DNA from: Burkholderiales bacterium
Lineage (GTDB): Bacteria > Pseudomonadota > Gammaproteobacteria > Burkholderiales > SG8-41
Reading direction: 5' to 3'
NCBI GenBank assembly: GCA_964203275.1
Contig: CAXNMF010000012.1
Span: 46,850 to 110,849, forward strand
DNA length: 64,000 nucleotides
The position numbers and the translations under genes are program-made. The first letter of the stretch is position 1; every line of letters begins with the position of its first letter. Positions 48,064 to 59,300 of this stretch are shown here, piece after piece. The notes under the pieces were generated by a model, which had not been told where the DNA came from, did not search any database, and was given only the letters and a program-made list of their open reading frames with translations.

Positions 48064-49377
48064 ATGAAAATGACCGTGCGATCAACTCTTTTACTGGGCA
48101 TTGCGTTCACCTTGCTGACTGGCTGCGCAAGCACGCCATCACATCCGCCCGAGGGCGCACCAAAGGCTGCTGCCTGCCCGGCGGGCGTGCCGGAAGGTGC
48201 CCGCTGCCTGCGTGGCCAGGATTCGGCTAAAGCGCATTATCTGATCGTGATGCCTGCTCAATGGAGCGGTGTGCTGGTCGTGCATGCACATGGCGGCCCG
48301 GCGCTGGGCGAACCCAAGGTCTCTCGTGCAGACGCTGACATCAAACGCTGGGCCATCACGGTGCAGCAGGGCCATGCCTGGGCGGGCTCTGTATTCCGCC
48401 AGGGCGGCTTTGCTGTCACTACAGCCGCCGAAGACACCGACCGTGTGCGTCGCATATTCATCGAGCATGTCGCCCAGCCGCGGCGCACGCTGCTGCACGG
48501 GCAGTCCTGGGGTGCGATGGTCGCCACAAAGGCGGCAGAGATGTACCCGGCGTCATGGGAAGGCATGCTCTTGACCAGTGGCGTCGTCGCCGGCCCGACC
48601 ACCTACGATTTCCGGCTCGACCTTCGGGTGATCTACCAGTATCTGTGCAACAACCACCCGCGGCCCGATGAAGCGCAATACCCGATGTGGATGGGCCTGC
48701 CGGCCGACAGCAAGTTCAGCAATTCCGATCTCTCAGTGCGCGTAAACGACTGCCTTGGATTGAACAAGCCTGCCGCCCAGCGTACGCCCGAACAGATGCA
48801 GCGTGTGCGCACCATCGTCGATGTCGTACGTATCCCCGAGAATGCGATCATCGGCCACCTGCGGTGGGGAACTTTCACGCTCCGTGACGTGATCAGCCGT
48901 ACCGGCACCAGCCCCTTCGGCAACGAAGGTGTGCGTTATAGCGGCTCAAGAGACGATGCGGCACTGAATGCCGGCGTCAAGCGCTACCGCGCCGATCCTG
49001 CAGCTGCCGCCCGTTTCGCAGCCGACGTCGACTACGCCGGCCGTTTCGCGATGCCCGTTCTTGCAGCTCACGGCATCAACGACTCAACTGTCTTCGTCGA
49101 AGGCAGCGACACGCTGCGCAGGCGCATGGAAGCCACGGGAAACGGCGAGCGTCTGGTGCAGACCTTTGTCGATTCGAACCAGCACAGCTACTGGGGTGAT
49201 GCCATGTATCCACCCTTGTTCGAAGCCTTGCTGAACTGGGTGGACAAGGGCGTAAAACCCAATCCGGCAAGCATTGCAGCGCGTTGCAGGGCAATGCGTG
49301 CGGCAACACCAGCAGACTGCAAATTTGTTGTCGACTACGCCGTAAAACCCTTGAGCTCACGGATTCCGCCGCGCTGA
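48064..49377 (+). CDS. lipoprotein, alpha/beta-hydrolase-like, function unknown
   Basis: 437 aa with lipobox LLTGC and a possible nucleophile elbow GQSWG. No precise family recognised. Confidence 0.65.
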   Translation: MKMTVRSTLLLGIAFTLLTGCASTPSHPPEGAPKAAACPAGVPEGARCLRGQDSAKAHYLIVMPAQWSGVLVVHAHGGPALGEPKVSRADADIKRWAITVQQGHAWAGSVFRQGGFAVTTAAEDTDRVRRIFIEHVAQPRRTLLHGQSWGAMVATKAAEMYPASWEGMLLTSGVVAGPTTYDFRLDLRVIYQYLCNNHPRPDEAQYPMWMGLPADSKFSNSDLSVRVNDCLGLNKPAAQRTPEQMQRVRTIVDVVRIPENAIIGHLRWGTFTLRDVISRTGTSPFGNEGVRYSGSRDDAALNAGVKRYRADPAAAARFAADVDYAGRFAMPVLAAHGINDSTVFVEGSDTLRRRMEATGNGERLVQTFVDSNQHSYWGDAMYPPLFEALLNWVDKGVKPNPASIAARCRAMRAATPADCKFVVDYAVKPLSSRIPPR

Positions 49378-49482
49378 AATCCTCTACTATTCGACGGCAT
49401 GGCGGGCCCATTACAGGTGATCAATCCATTGGAGAATCACTGTCTCGGGTGGCGCCGCCGCCTACGAACAGAAACCGCGCAA

Positions 49483-50091
49483 TTATTTGATCAAACCTTC
49501 AGCGCGCAACGCAGTCTGTACCTGCGGACGCTCAAGGACACGATTGAATAATGCCTGGATATTGGGCCAGGGCGCGAGGTCGATCTTGTGGAAGCCGCAC
49601 CAGCGCAACACGTTGAACAAATAGGCATCTGCCACGCTGAAGGCGTCGCCTGTGAAGTAGGTTTTTCCGGCGAGCATCTTGTCGAGGGCATTGAAGCGCC
49701 GAGTGATATAGGCCTTCTGCACTTCCTTCATTTCCGGGGTCATCGCCGGATTGAACAGCGCGCCGACGGACTTGTGAACCTCGGTGGCGATGAAATTGAG
49801 CGCTTCCATCAGGCGGTACCGCGCCATCGTGCCAGCAGCAGGCGCCAACGCCGAAGCCGGTTTCTGGTCAGCCAGATACTGCAGGATGGTGCTGACTTCG
49901 GTGAGCACTTCACCGTTGTCGAGCTGCAGCGCAGGCACGTAACCCTTGGGATTGATCTGCCAGTAATCAGCGCCGGAAGCGGTCTTTTTGTTCGGGATAT
50001 CGACCTTTTCGAGATCAAAGGCGAGACCGGCTTCCAACAATACGATGTGCGGAGCGAGTGAACAGGCGCCGGGCGAAAAATAAAGCTTCAT
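49483..50091 (-). CDS. glutathione S-transferase (GstA/beta-class-like)
   Basis: Start at ATG 50091 (MKLYFSPGACSLAPHIVLLEAG), 202 aa. The N-terminal Cys/Ser region and size are typical of bacterial beta-class GSTs. Confidence 0.9.
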   Translation of the reverse strand: MKLYFSPGACSLAPHIVLLEAGLAFDLEKVDIPNKKTASGADYWQINPKGYVPALQLDNGEVLTEVSTILQYLADQKPASALAPAAGTMARYRLMEALNFIATEVHKSVGALFNPAMTPEMKEVQKAYITRRFNALDKMLAGKTYFTGDAFSVADAYLFNVLRWCGFHKIDLAPWPNIQALFNRVLERPQVQTALRAEGLIK

Positions 50092-50317
50092 GGGATCTCC
50101 TTGGTTTGGAACGGATGAGCAGAAAGGGCTTGGTCCGGCATCGTGCCGTAAGCCGATATTCCTTGCAAACAGAAGGACATCCGCCCATACTGCGCGCCGG
50201 CGCCTGGATTCTGTCCGCCCTTCGCACCCGCACGGGTGCTTCTGTTTGGCCTTCTCCACACGTCATTGATGCCTTGCCCACTTCGGACGAGGATCGCCAA
50301 ATTCTGGAGAACTGCTC

Positions 50318-50527
50318 ATGGCCACTATCGGCACCGTTAAATTTTTCAACGCCACCAAGGGTTTCGGCTTCATTCAGCCCGACGGCGAATCCAAAGACGT
50401 TTTTGTGCACATCTCGGCCGTTGAACGCGCCGGCATGAAGACGCTTAATGAAAACCAGAAAGTGTCGTTCGACCTCGAAAAAGGTTCCGACGGCCGTTCT
50501 TCCGCCGTCAATCTGCAAGAAGTCTGA
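50318..50527 (+). CDS. cspA: cold-shock protein, CspA family
   Basis: 69 aa with RNP1 KGFGFI and RNP2 VFVHIS. Confidence 0.95.
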   Translation: MATIGTVKFFNATKGFGFIQPDGESKDVFVHISAVERAGMKTLNENQKVSFDLEKGSDGRSSAVNLQEV

Positions 50528-50582
50528 TCGCACTGCGGCGGGCTCAACCCGCCGCAAATCATTCCTAAGAAGGAAGCTGCAG

Positions 50583-50855
50583 ATGTCCAAAGAAGAGATG
50601 GTCGAGTTCGAGGGTGTCATTGAAGAAGTGCTGCCCGACACCAAATTCCGCGTCACACTGTCCAACGGACACGCCGTGACCGCCTATGCCTCGGGCAAGA
50701 TCCGCAAGCACCGTATCCGCATTCTTGCCGGCGACCGCGTCACGGTGGAGATTTCGCCATACGACCTGAGCAAGGGCCGGATCAGCTTCCGCCACAAGGA
50801 CGAGCGCGCGGGCCCGCCTGCAGCACGCCCTGGCAATTTTTTCCGCAAGCGCTAG
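50583..50855 (+). CDS. infA: translation initiation factor IF-1 paralog with a basic C-terminal extension
   Basis: [70 protein letters not shown] is a full S1-fold IF-1, followed by an extra [28 protein letters not shown] lies upstream. Confidence 0.9.
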   Translation: MSKEEMVEFEGVIEEVLPDTKFRVTLSNGHAVTAYASGKIRKHRIRILAGDRVTVEISPYDLSKGRISFRHKDERAGPPAARPGNFFRKR

Positions 50856-50866
50856 ACGCAGCGGAT

Positions 50867-51382
50867 TCAACCCGCCGTTTTGCGGCGGGTCGCCCTGACC
50901 GCCGGCGCCACGCCGGCCAGCGGCAAAGCAGTCTTGTATTTCACCTGCTTCAGCGCAAAACTCGATTTCAGATTGCCCACTCCGGGTATCTTCGCCAGAA
51001 AATCGACGATAAATCTTTCCAGCGCCTGCACGTCAGCCACCATCACGCGCAGCATGTAATCCGAATCGCCGGTCATCAGGTAACACTCCATGACCTCGGG
51101 CCGTTCGGCAATGGCGCGCTCGAAGGTCTCCAGCGCCTTCTCCACCTGCCGTTCCAATCGCACCTGGATGAACACCGACACAGTGAGTCCCAATGCCAGC
51201 GCATCGAGCAGGCTGACGTAACGGCTGATCAGCCCCGCCTCCTCCAGCCGCCGCACCCGCGCCAGACAGGGAGACGGCGACAGATTCACCGCCTTCGCCA
51301 ACTCGACGTTGGACAGCCGCGCATCCTCCTGAAGCCGGGCGAGGATTTTCCAGTCTGTTGCATCAAGATCAATTTTCGGCAT
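50867..51382 (-). CDS. Lrp/AsnC-family transcriptional regulator
   Basis: 171 aa with [46 protein letters not shown] plus a RAM domain. Divergent from aceE. Confidence 0.9.
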   Translation of the reverse strand: MPKIDLDATDWKILARLQEDARLSNVELAKAVNLSPSPCLARVRRLEEAGLISRYVSLLDALALGLTVSVFIQVRLERQVEKALETFERAIAERPEVMECYLMTGDSDYMLRVMVADVQALERFIVDFLAKIPGVGNLKSSFALKQVKYKTALPLAGVAPAVRATRRKTAG

Positions 51383-51522
51383 TTTGTGCTTATTTAATAA
51401 ATATTTACACTATTTTATGCTTATTTATTGTCTAAAAACAAGAACATACAGAACCCTGTTCCGCGCGATCCCGCGTAGCATCCGGGGTCATGCGCGCACG
51501 CCCGCGCGCGGAGAAAAACACC

Positions 51523-54219
51523 ATGACCGATTTATCCGCTCATTTGCCCGATTTGGCCGCCGCATTCTGGCGCGTGATGCCCGCCGACCCCGATCCGGTG
51601 GAGACGCGCGAATGGCTCGACGCATTCAATTCACTGATCGAATCCAATGGCCGTGAGCGCGCCACCTATCTGCTGCGCAAATTGCTCGACGAAGCGCGGG
51701 CGAAACGCGTGCCGATGCCGCCGGTACTGAACACGCCCTACAGCAACTCCATCGCCCTGGCCGAGCAGCCGCAGTTTCCCGGCAACCTCGACATCGAGGC
51801 ACGCATTTCCGCGCTGGTGCGCTGGAACGCGCTGGCGATGGTGGTCCGCGCCAACCGCGGCGCCGCGGAGCTCGGAGGCCACATCGCGACCTACGCTTCG
51901 ATCGCCGACCTGTTCGAAGTCGGCTTCAATCATTTTTTCCGCGCCGGCCAAAATGGCGATGCAGTGTTTTTTCAGCCGCATGCCTCGCCCGGCATCTATG
52001 CCCGCGCTTGGATGGAAGGTCGCCTGAACGAAGACCAGCTCAATAATTACCGTCGTGAAACTGGCGGCCGAGGTACCGGCCTGTCCTCGTACTGCCACCC
52101 CTATCTGATGCCCGATTTCTGGCAGTTCCCCAACGCCTCGATGGGCCTGGGTCCGGTCAATGCGATCTATCAGGCGCGTTTCATGCGCTATTTGGAGCAC
52201 CGCGGCATCCAGAAAACCGCCGGGCGCAAGGTCTGGGCCTTTATCGGCGACGGTGAGATGGACGAACCGGAGTCGCTGGCCGGCCTGTCGCTGGCGGCAC
52301 GCGAAGGTCTCGACAACCTGATCTTTGTCGTCAACTGCAATCTGCAGCGCCTGGACGGCCCGGTGCGCGGCAACGGCTCGCTGATCCAGGAACTCGAAGG
52401 CCTGTTCTCGGGTGCGGGCTGGCATGTAGTGAAACTTTTGTGGGGTTCCGAATGGGATCCGCTGTTCGCGCGTGACACCGAGAACGTGATCCTCAAACGT
52501 CTGCATGAAACTGTTGATGGCGAATTCCAGAAATACGCCGCGACCGACGGCCGTTTCAATCGCGAACAGTTTTTCAACAAGGACCCGGACCTGCAGGCAC
52601 TGGTTTCGCACCTTTCGGATGAAGACATCGACCGCCTTCGTCGCGGCGGCCATGACCCGGTGAAAATTCACGCCGCCTATCACGCCGCAATGAACCATCA
52701 CGGCCGGCCGACGGTGATCCTCGCCCAGACCAAAAAAGGCTACGGCATGGGCCATTGGGGCCAGGGCAAGATGGGCGCGCACCAGCAGAAAAAAATGGAA
52801 GACGACGCGCTGCTCGCCTTCCGCGACCGTTTCTCGTTGCCGATTCCCGACGCCGATGTCAAAGCATTGAAATTCTGGAAGCCCGCCGACGACAGCCCGG
52901 AGATGCGTTACATGCACGCACGCCGCAATGCACTGGGCGGTTATCTGCCGGCGCGCGTCACCACTGCGCCGAAAATCACCGTACCCGTACCGGAAACCTA
53001 TGCGCGGATCAGCGAAGGCTCTGGCGGACGCGAAGAATCGACGACGATGAGCTTCGTCAAGATGCTCGCGCAGATGCTCAAGGATCCTGCGATCGGCAAA
53101 CAGATCGTGCCCATCGTGGCCGACGAAGCGCGCACCTTCGGCATGCAGTCGCTGTTCCGCCAGGTCGCGATTTACTCACCCTTCGGCCAGCTCTATGAAC
53201 CGGAAGATCGCGACGAGCTGCTCTATTACAAGGAAGCGCAGGACGGACAGATTCTGGAGGAAGGCATCAACGAAGCGGGCGCGATGTGCGTCGTGGATTG
53301 CAGCCGCAACCAGCTACAGCGTGCACGGCACACCGATGCTGCCCGTTCTATATCTTCTACTCGATGTTCGGATTCCAGCGGGTCGGCGACCTGATCTGGC
53401 AGGCGGGCGACTGCCGGTCGCGCGGCTTCCTGATCGGCGCCACCGCCGGCCGCACCACGCTATCGGGCGAAGGCCTGCAGCACCAGGACGGTTCATCCCA
53501 CCTGATCGCATCGACCGTGCCCAACTGCCGGGCATGGGACCCCGCCTACGGTTATGAACTCGCGACCATCATCCAGGACGGCACTGCAGCGCATGCTCGA
53601 AGCGCAGGAGGACGTCATCTATTACATCACAGTGATGAATGAAAACTACGCCCAGCCGGCAATGCCGGAAGGCGCGCGCGACGGCATCCTCAAAGGCATG
53701 TATCTGTTGCATTGGAAACCGGATGCTGCCGTGCAGTTGCTCGGCAGCGGCACCATCCTGCGCGAAGCCATCGCTGCCGCAGAATTGCTGCACAAGGACT
53801 TCGGCATCGAAAGCAACGTCTGGAGCGTGACCAGCTGGAGTGAATTGCGCCGCGACGGCATGGCCTGCGAACGTCATAACCGCCTGAATCCGGCGTCGTC
53901 CCCGCGGACAAGCCATGTTGCCGAATCGCTGGCAGCGCATCAGGGACCGGTCATTGCGGCATCGGATCACGTCACTGCAGTGGCTGATTTGGTCCGTGCA
54001 TATGTGCCGGGTCGTTATGTCGCTCTCGGCACTGACGGTTACGGCCGCAGCGATTCACGGGAAAATCTGCGACGCTTTTTTGAAATGGACCGCCACCACA
54101 TCGTGGTTGCCGCACTGGCGGCACTGGCGGATGAAGGCACCATTGCCAGAGAACGTGTCGTGCAAGCCATCCAGCGCTACGGAATCATTGCCACCGATAC
54201 CGCGCCCTGGGAAAACTGA
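51523..54219 (+). pseudogene. aceE: pyruvate dehydrogenase E1 component, homodimeric type, interrupted by three +1 frame changes (or assembly indels)
   Basis: Start at ATG 51523 (MTDLSAHLPD...DPVETREWLDAF). ThDP motif GDGEMDEPES. The conserved sequence moves from frame 1 to 2 near 53288-53292 ([18 protein letters not shown]), from 2 to 0 at CCC 53342-53344 ([15 protein letters not shown]...[13 protein letters not shown]), and from 0 back to 1 near 53583 ([22 protein letters not shown]...). No E2 or E3 genes follow. Confidence 0.85.
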
Positions 54220-54226
54220 CACCCAA

Positions 54227-54916
54227 CTAAGCCGTGCGACGCCTCGGTGCCGCCGGTTTGCTGCGCACGGCAGCTCGCCGTGGTTTATGCGGCGCCTCAG
54301 GTGCGTGGCGCAGACCTTCGATAAAAACGTCGATCAGACGCCCGGCTTCATTTGCCGCCGGAATCGCCTTGGGATCCATCACCCAGTTGCTGATCAGACC
54401 GTCAAGGAGACAATGCAAGCCCTCCGCCTTGCGCCGTACATCCAGCCCCTGCGGCAACTGACCGGCTTTGATCGCCGCCCTCAGGCCGTTTTCAAGACGC
54501 GTACGGCAGCCTGCGCGCATTTCACTGAAACGGTTCCACACCGGCTTCATCTCGTCGACGTATTCACATTTGTGGAAAACGATATGAAACACGCGCCGCC
54601 CCTGCTCGTCGCCTGACGTACGCTCAAGGACGCCGACCAGCATGGCGCGCACACTGGCCAGTGGATCATCCGTCGTTGCAGGATCAATCTGGCAGGGCGC
54701 ATGCTCCATCGGCATGGTGACCCGCGCCACCATTTCACAGAACAATTCGGCCTTGTCCTTGAAATGCCAGTAAATCGCGCCGCGCGTGACCGATGCTGCT
54801 TCCGCGATGTCGGTCAATGAGGTGCGGGAGACCCCGCGCTCGCTGAATACCCGCTCTGCCGCATCAAGAATCTGATTGCGGGTCTCGACCGCCTCATCTT
54901 TGGTGCGCCTGACCAT
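54227..54916 (-). CDS. TetR/AcrR-family transcriptional repressor
   Basis: 229 aa with HTH RTSLTDIAEAASVTRGAIYWHFKDK. Divergent from the RND operon. Confidence 0.9.
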   Translation of the reverse strand: MVRRTKDEAVETRNQILDAAERVFSERGVSRTSLTDIAEAASVTRGAIYWHFKDKAELFCEMVARVTMPMEHAPCQIDPATTDDPLASVRAMLVGVLERTSGDEQGRRVFHIVFHKCEYVDEMKPVWNRFSEMRAGCRTRLENGLRAAIKAGQLPQGLDVRRKAEGLHCLLDGLISNWVMDPKAIPAANEAGRLIDVFIEGLRHAPEAPHKPRRAAVRSKPAAPRRRTA

Positions 54917-54973
54917 GCTCCTCCGGATACCCCGGACTGTGGCCGGGTGTTGTCATCAAATTCAAAGCGATAC

Positions 54974-55001
54974 TTTACATACATTCATGGTTGTATGTAA
55001 A
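54974..55001. promoter_or_regulatory. putative TetR/AcrR operator
   Basis: Perfect 10-bp inverted repeat TTTACATACA-N8-TGTATGTAAA in the divergent spacer. The half-site resembles the E. coli AcrR operator (TACATACATT...AATGTATGTA). Confidence 0.6.
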
Positions 55002-55061
55002 CTAGAATCCATAAGCATGCTTGCGTACATCTCGCCGCGCAGCTTTCAGGGAAACTACAGC

Positions 55062-56281
55062 ATGATCAACCTCCGCCCCCTCACGTTCCGTCGCGCCGCC
55101 ATTGCGGCCTCATTGTTGCTGACCGCCGCCTGCGGCCCTGCCGGAGGCCCTCCGGGCGGTTTCCCTCCGGCACCGGTCTCGGTCATCACCACGGAAACAC
55201 GGGACGTGTCCGTCACCCTGGAATACACCGCACAGACCGCTGGCTACCGCGAAGTTGAAGTACGCGCCCGCGTCAGCGGCATTCTGCTCAAACGCAATTA
55301 CAAGGAAGGCGGCACCGTACGTCAGGGCGAATCCCTGTTTTCAATCGATCCCGCCCCGTTCAAACTCGCGCAGGCACGTACGGCAGCCGATCTCGGTGTC
55401 GCCGAAGCGCAACTGCAACAGGCACAGCGCGAACTGGCCCGGTTGAAGCCGGTCTACGAAGCCAAAGCCGTAAGTCAGAAAGAATTCGATGACGCGACCT
55501 CCGGCGAACGCATCGCCCGCGCCCAGGTTGAAAGCGTTCGCGCCCGCCTCAATGAAGCGAACCTCAACCTGGAATGGACCCGCGTTGAATCCCCGATCAC
55601 CGGTGTCGCAGGTCGAGCCGCAGTTTCGGATGGCACACTCGTATCGGGCCCGGGCGTACTGTTGACCACCGTCACGCAAACCGATCCGATGTATGTGATT
55701 TTCGGCGTCTCTGACCGTGATCACCTCGCCTTGCGACGCGATGTTGAAGCAGGCCGCATCAAATTGCCGGCCGACGGAAAACTCAAAGCGACCCTCAAAC
55801 TGGGCGACGGACGCGATTACGCCAGAACCGGCGCCGTCAATTTCAGCGATGTGCGGGTCAACACCAGACGGGCACCAGCGAATCGCGCGCCGAGTTTGCC
55901 AACCCCGCCAATCAGCTTCGCGCTGGTGAATTCGTGCGCATTGCCCTGTCCGGCGCGACGCGGCCGGCAGCCATCGTCGTGCCGCAGCGCGCCGTACTCG
56001 AGGGCCCGGGCGGGAAATTTGTCTATGTGGTCAATGCCGAATCCAAAGCCGAGCCGCGTCCGGTCGAGGTCGGCGCATGGGTCGCCGACGGCTGGGTCAT
56101 CAATTCAGGATTGAAAGCGGGCGAACGGGTGATCGTCGATGGCGTGCTGAAAATCGGTCCCGGCGCACCGGTCAATGTCACCGAGCCGGCCGCCCCCAAA
56201 ACCAACGGCAAACCGCCGGCAGATAAACCTGCGGACAAGCCTGCAGAAAAACCCGCAGCCAAACCGGCTGTGAAATCCTGA
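55062..56281 (+). pseudogene. RND efflux membrane fusion protein (AcrA/MexA-like lipoprotein) with one frameshift (or assembly indel)
   Basis: Start at ATG 55062 with lipobox LLLTAAC. The frame is lost after ...AVNFSDVRVNT at 55864-55866 (aacaccagacg, where aacacccagacg would keep the frame). The conserved tail QTGTSESRAEFANPANQLRAGEFVRIALSG...VIVDGVLKIGPGAPV continues in ORF 55934-56281. The length is one base short of a multiple of 3. Confidence 0.85.
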
Positions 56282-56300
56282 GCCCGGCGGACTGACGACC

Positions 56301-59300
56301 ATGTCCCGTTTTTTCATAGACCGCCCGATCTTCGCGGTAGTGGTATCGATTTTCATCGTGCTGGCCGGCCTCGCTGCGATGCGTGTGCTGCCGATCGCGC
56401 AATACCCGGAAATCGCGCCTCCGGTGGTCACCGTCCGCGCCGTCTATCCCGGTGCGTCAGCCCAGGTCATCGAGCAGACCGTCGCCGCGCCACTGGAAAA
56501 CCAGATCACCGGCGTCGAGCACATGCTCTACATGAGTTCGAACTCGACTTCGAACGGCGTACTCGAAATCCAGGTCACTTTCGACATCGGCACCGACATC
56601 GACACCGCGGCGCTCAACGTCAACAACCGCGTCAAACAGGCCGAACCGCGCCTGCCGCTGGAAGTCCGGCGTCAGGGCGTCAGCGTCGAAAAAGGTTCTT
56701 CATCGTTCCTGCAGGTCATCGCGTTCAGCTCCCCCGACGGCAGCCGCGACGACCTGTTCATCTCGAACTACGTCACCTTGAATGTGCTTGATGCGCTGAA
56801 ACGCGTACCGGGCACCACCAATGTACAGATCTTCGGCGCCAAGGACTATGCGATGCGCATCTGGACGCGTCCGGACCGCCTCGCACAGCTGAAGCTGACA
56901 CCTGGCGACCTGACGCGCGCACTCAATGAGCAGAACGCACAGTTTGCCGCCGGCAAAATCGGCCAGTCACCGACCGGCGGTCCCCAGGAACTGGTTTACA
57001 CCATCACCACCAAGGGACGGCTGTCGGAACCCGCCGAGTTCGAAAACGTCGTCATCCGCGCCAATCCGGATGGCTCACTGCTGCGTCTGAAAGATGTGGC
57101 GCGCGTGGAGTTGGGCTCCAAGGATTACGACTTTATCGGCCGCGTCAACGGCAAATCAGCGACCCTGGTAGGCATTTTCCTGCAACCCAATGCCAATGCG
57201 CTGGCCACCGCAGATCGTGTAAAAGCGGCCATGGCACCGCTCGCCGAGGCCTACCCGCCGGGATTCACCCATAACGTGGTGTACGACACGACTCGATTCG
57301 TCGAGGTATCGATCCGCGAGGTGATCTACACGCTGCTGGAAGCAATGGCGCTGGTGTTCCTGGTCGTGTTCCTGTTCCTGCAGAACTGGCGTGCCACGCT
57401 GATTCCCTTCGCCGCCGTTCCGGTATCGCTGATCGGCACCTTTGCCGGCCTGCTGCTGCTCGGTTATTCGATCAACACACTGACATTGTTCGGCATGGTG
57501 CTGGCCATCGGCATTGTCGTTGACGATGCCATTGTCGTGCTCGAAAACGTCGAACGCATCATGCACGAGGAACATCTGCAGGCGCGAGAAGCCGCGGTCA
57601 AGGCAATGAAGGAAGTCACCAGCCCGATCATCGCCATCGTGCTGACACTGTGCGCGGTATTCGTGCCGATCGCCTTCCTCGGCGGACTGACCGGCGAACT
57701 CTACCGGCAATTCGCAGTGACCATTTCCATTGCGGTGGTGATCTCCGGCATCGTCGCCCTGACACTGACACCTTCGCTGTGCGTGCTGATTCTCAAACGC
57801 CAGCACGGCACACCGGGCCGTTTCTTCACCTGGTTCAACAACTGGTTCGCGCGCATGACCGGCCGTTATGTTGACGGTGTCACCTGGATGCTGCGACGCG
57901 GCTTAATCGCCCTGCTGCTGTTTGTCGGCATGGTCGCACTGACCTTCGGCCTGTGGCGTGCCACGCCGGGCTCGCTGGTCCCCGATGAAGACCAGGGCTA
58001 TTACATCGCCGCAGTGTTCCTGCCCGACGGCGCAACCCTGGAACGCACCGACAAGGTCGTCAATGAAGTGGTCGAGATCATCAAATCAAATCCGGCCAAT
58101 GAAACCGCGATCGCCTTCACCGGCCTTGATTTCCTTGGCGGCGGTTTCCGCAACAGCGCGGCGACGATTTTCGTGACTCAAAAACATTGGGACGAACGTA
58201 CCGTATCGACCGGACAGCTTGTCGGCGAATTCTTCATGAAAACCGGGCATATCAAGGAAGGCCTCGCGCTGGCTTTCGGTCCGCCACCGATTTTCGGCCT
58301 CGGCAACGCCGGCGGCTTCGAGTTTTACATCCAGAACCGCGGCGAAGGCGGTGCACAGAAACTCTCCGAAGCCACGCAGCAACTGCTCGCCGCGGTGCAG
58401 AAGGATCCGATGTTTGGCCAGGTCAACACGCTGTGGCGCGCCAATGTGCCGCAACTTTATGTTGAAACAGATCGCGAGAAAGCCAAGACGCTGGGCGTGC
58501 CGATCGACGAGGTTTACGGCGCACTAGCCGCCACCCTGGGCACCGCCTACGTCAACGATTTCAACAAATTCGGCCGCACCTGGCAGGTGCTCATGTCCGC
58601 CGAACCGGCCTACCGCAAACGTCCGGACGACGTTGGCGCGATCTATGTACGTTCGGATCGCGGCGCAATGATTCCGCTATCGTCGCTGGCCAAGGTCAAC
58701 TACTCCTCCGGCCCGGACTCACTCGACCGCTTCAACAACCTGCCGGCGGTGAAGATTTTCGGCTCGGCCAAACCCGGATACAGCTCGGGTGAGGCGATTG
58801 CCGGCATGGAACGCATCGCCAAGGAGACGCTGCCGCCCGACTTCACCTTCGACTGGGGCGGCGCATCCTTCCAGGAAAAACGCTCCGGCGGCACCTCGAT
58901 CATTGCACTGGGACTTGCGGCTTTGATGGTATTCCTGATTCTCGCCGCGCAATACAACCGCTGGTCGCTGCCGCTGGCCGTCATGCTGGCACTGCCCTTC
59001 GGCACTTTCGGCGCGCTGCTGGCGATTTTCATCAACAACCTGCTGCCGATGCCGTTTTATCTGGCGCAGGGTATTCCCTGGCTGCAAGGACTGCTGTCAC
59101 CGCTGTCGCACATTGCACGGCTGAGTAACGACGTATATTTCCAGATCGGCCTGGTCACGCTGCTCGGCCTTGCCGCAAAAAACGCAATTCTGATCGTTGA
59201 ATTCGCGGTGATGAAAAAACAGGAAGGGCTGTCCACGGCGGGTGCCGCGATTGAAGCCGCGCGACTGCGCTTCCGCCCGATTCTGATGACGTCACTGGCT

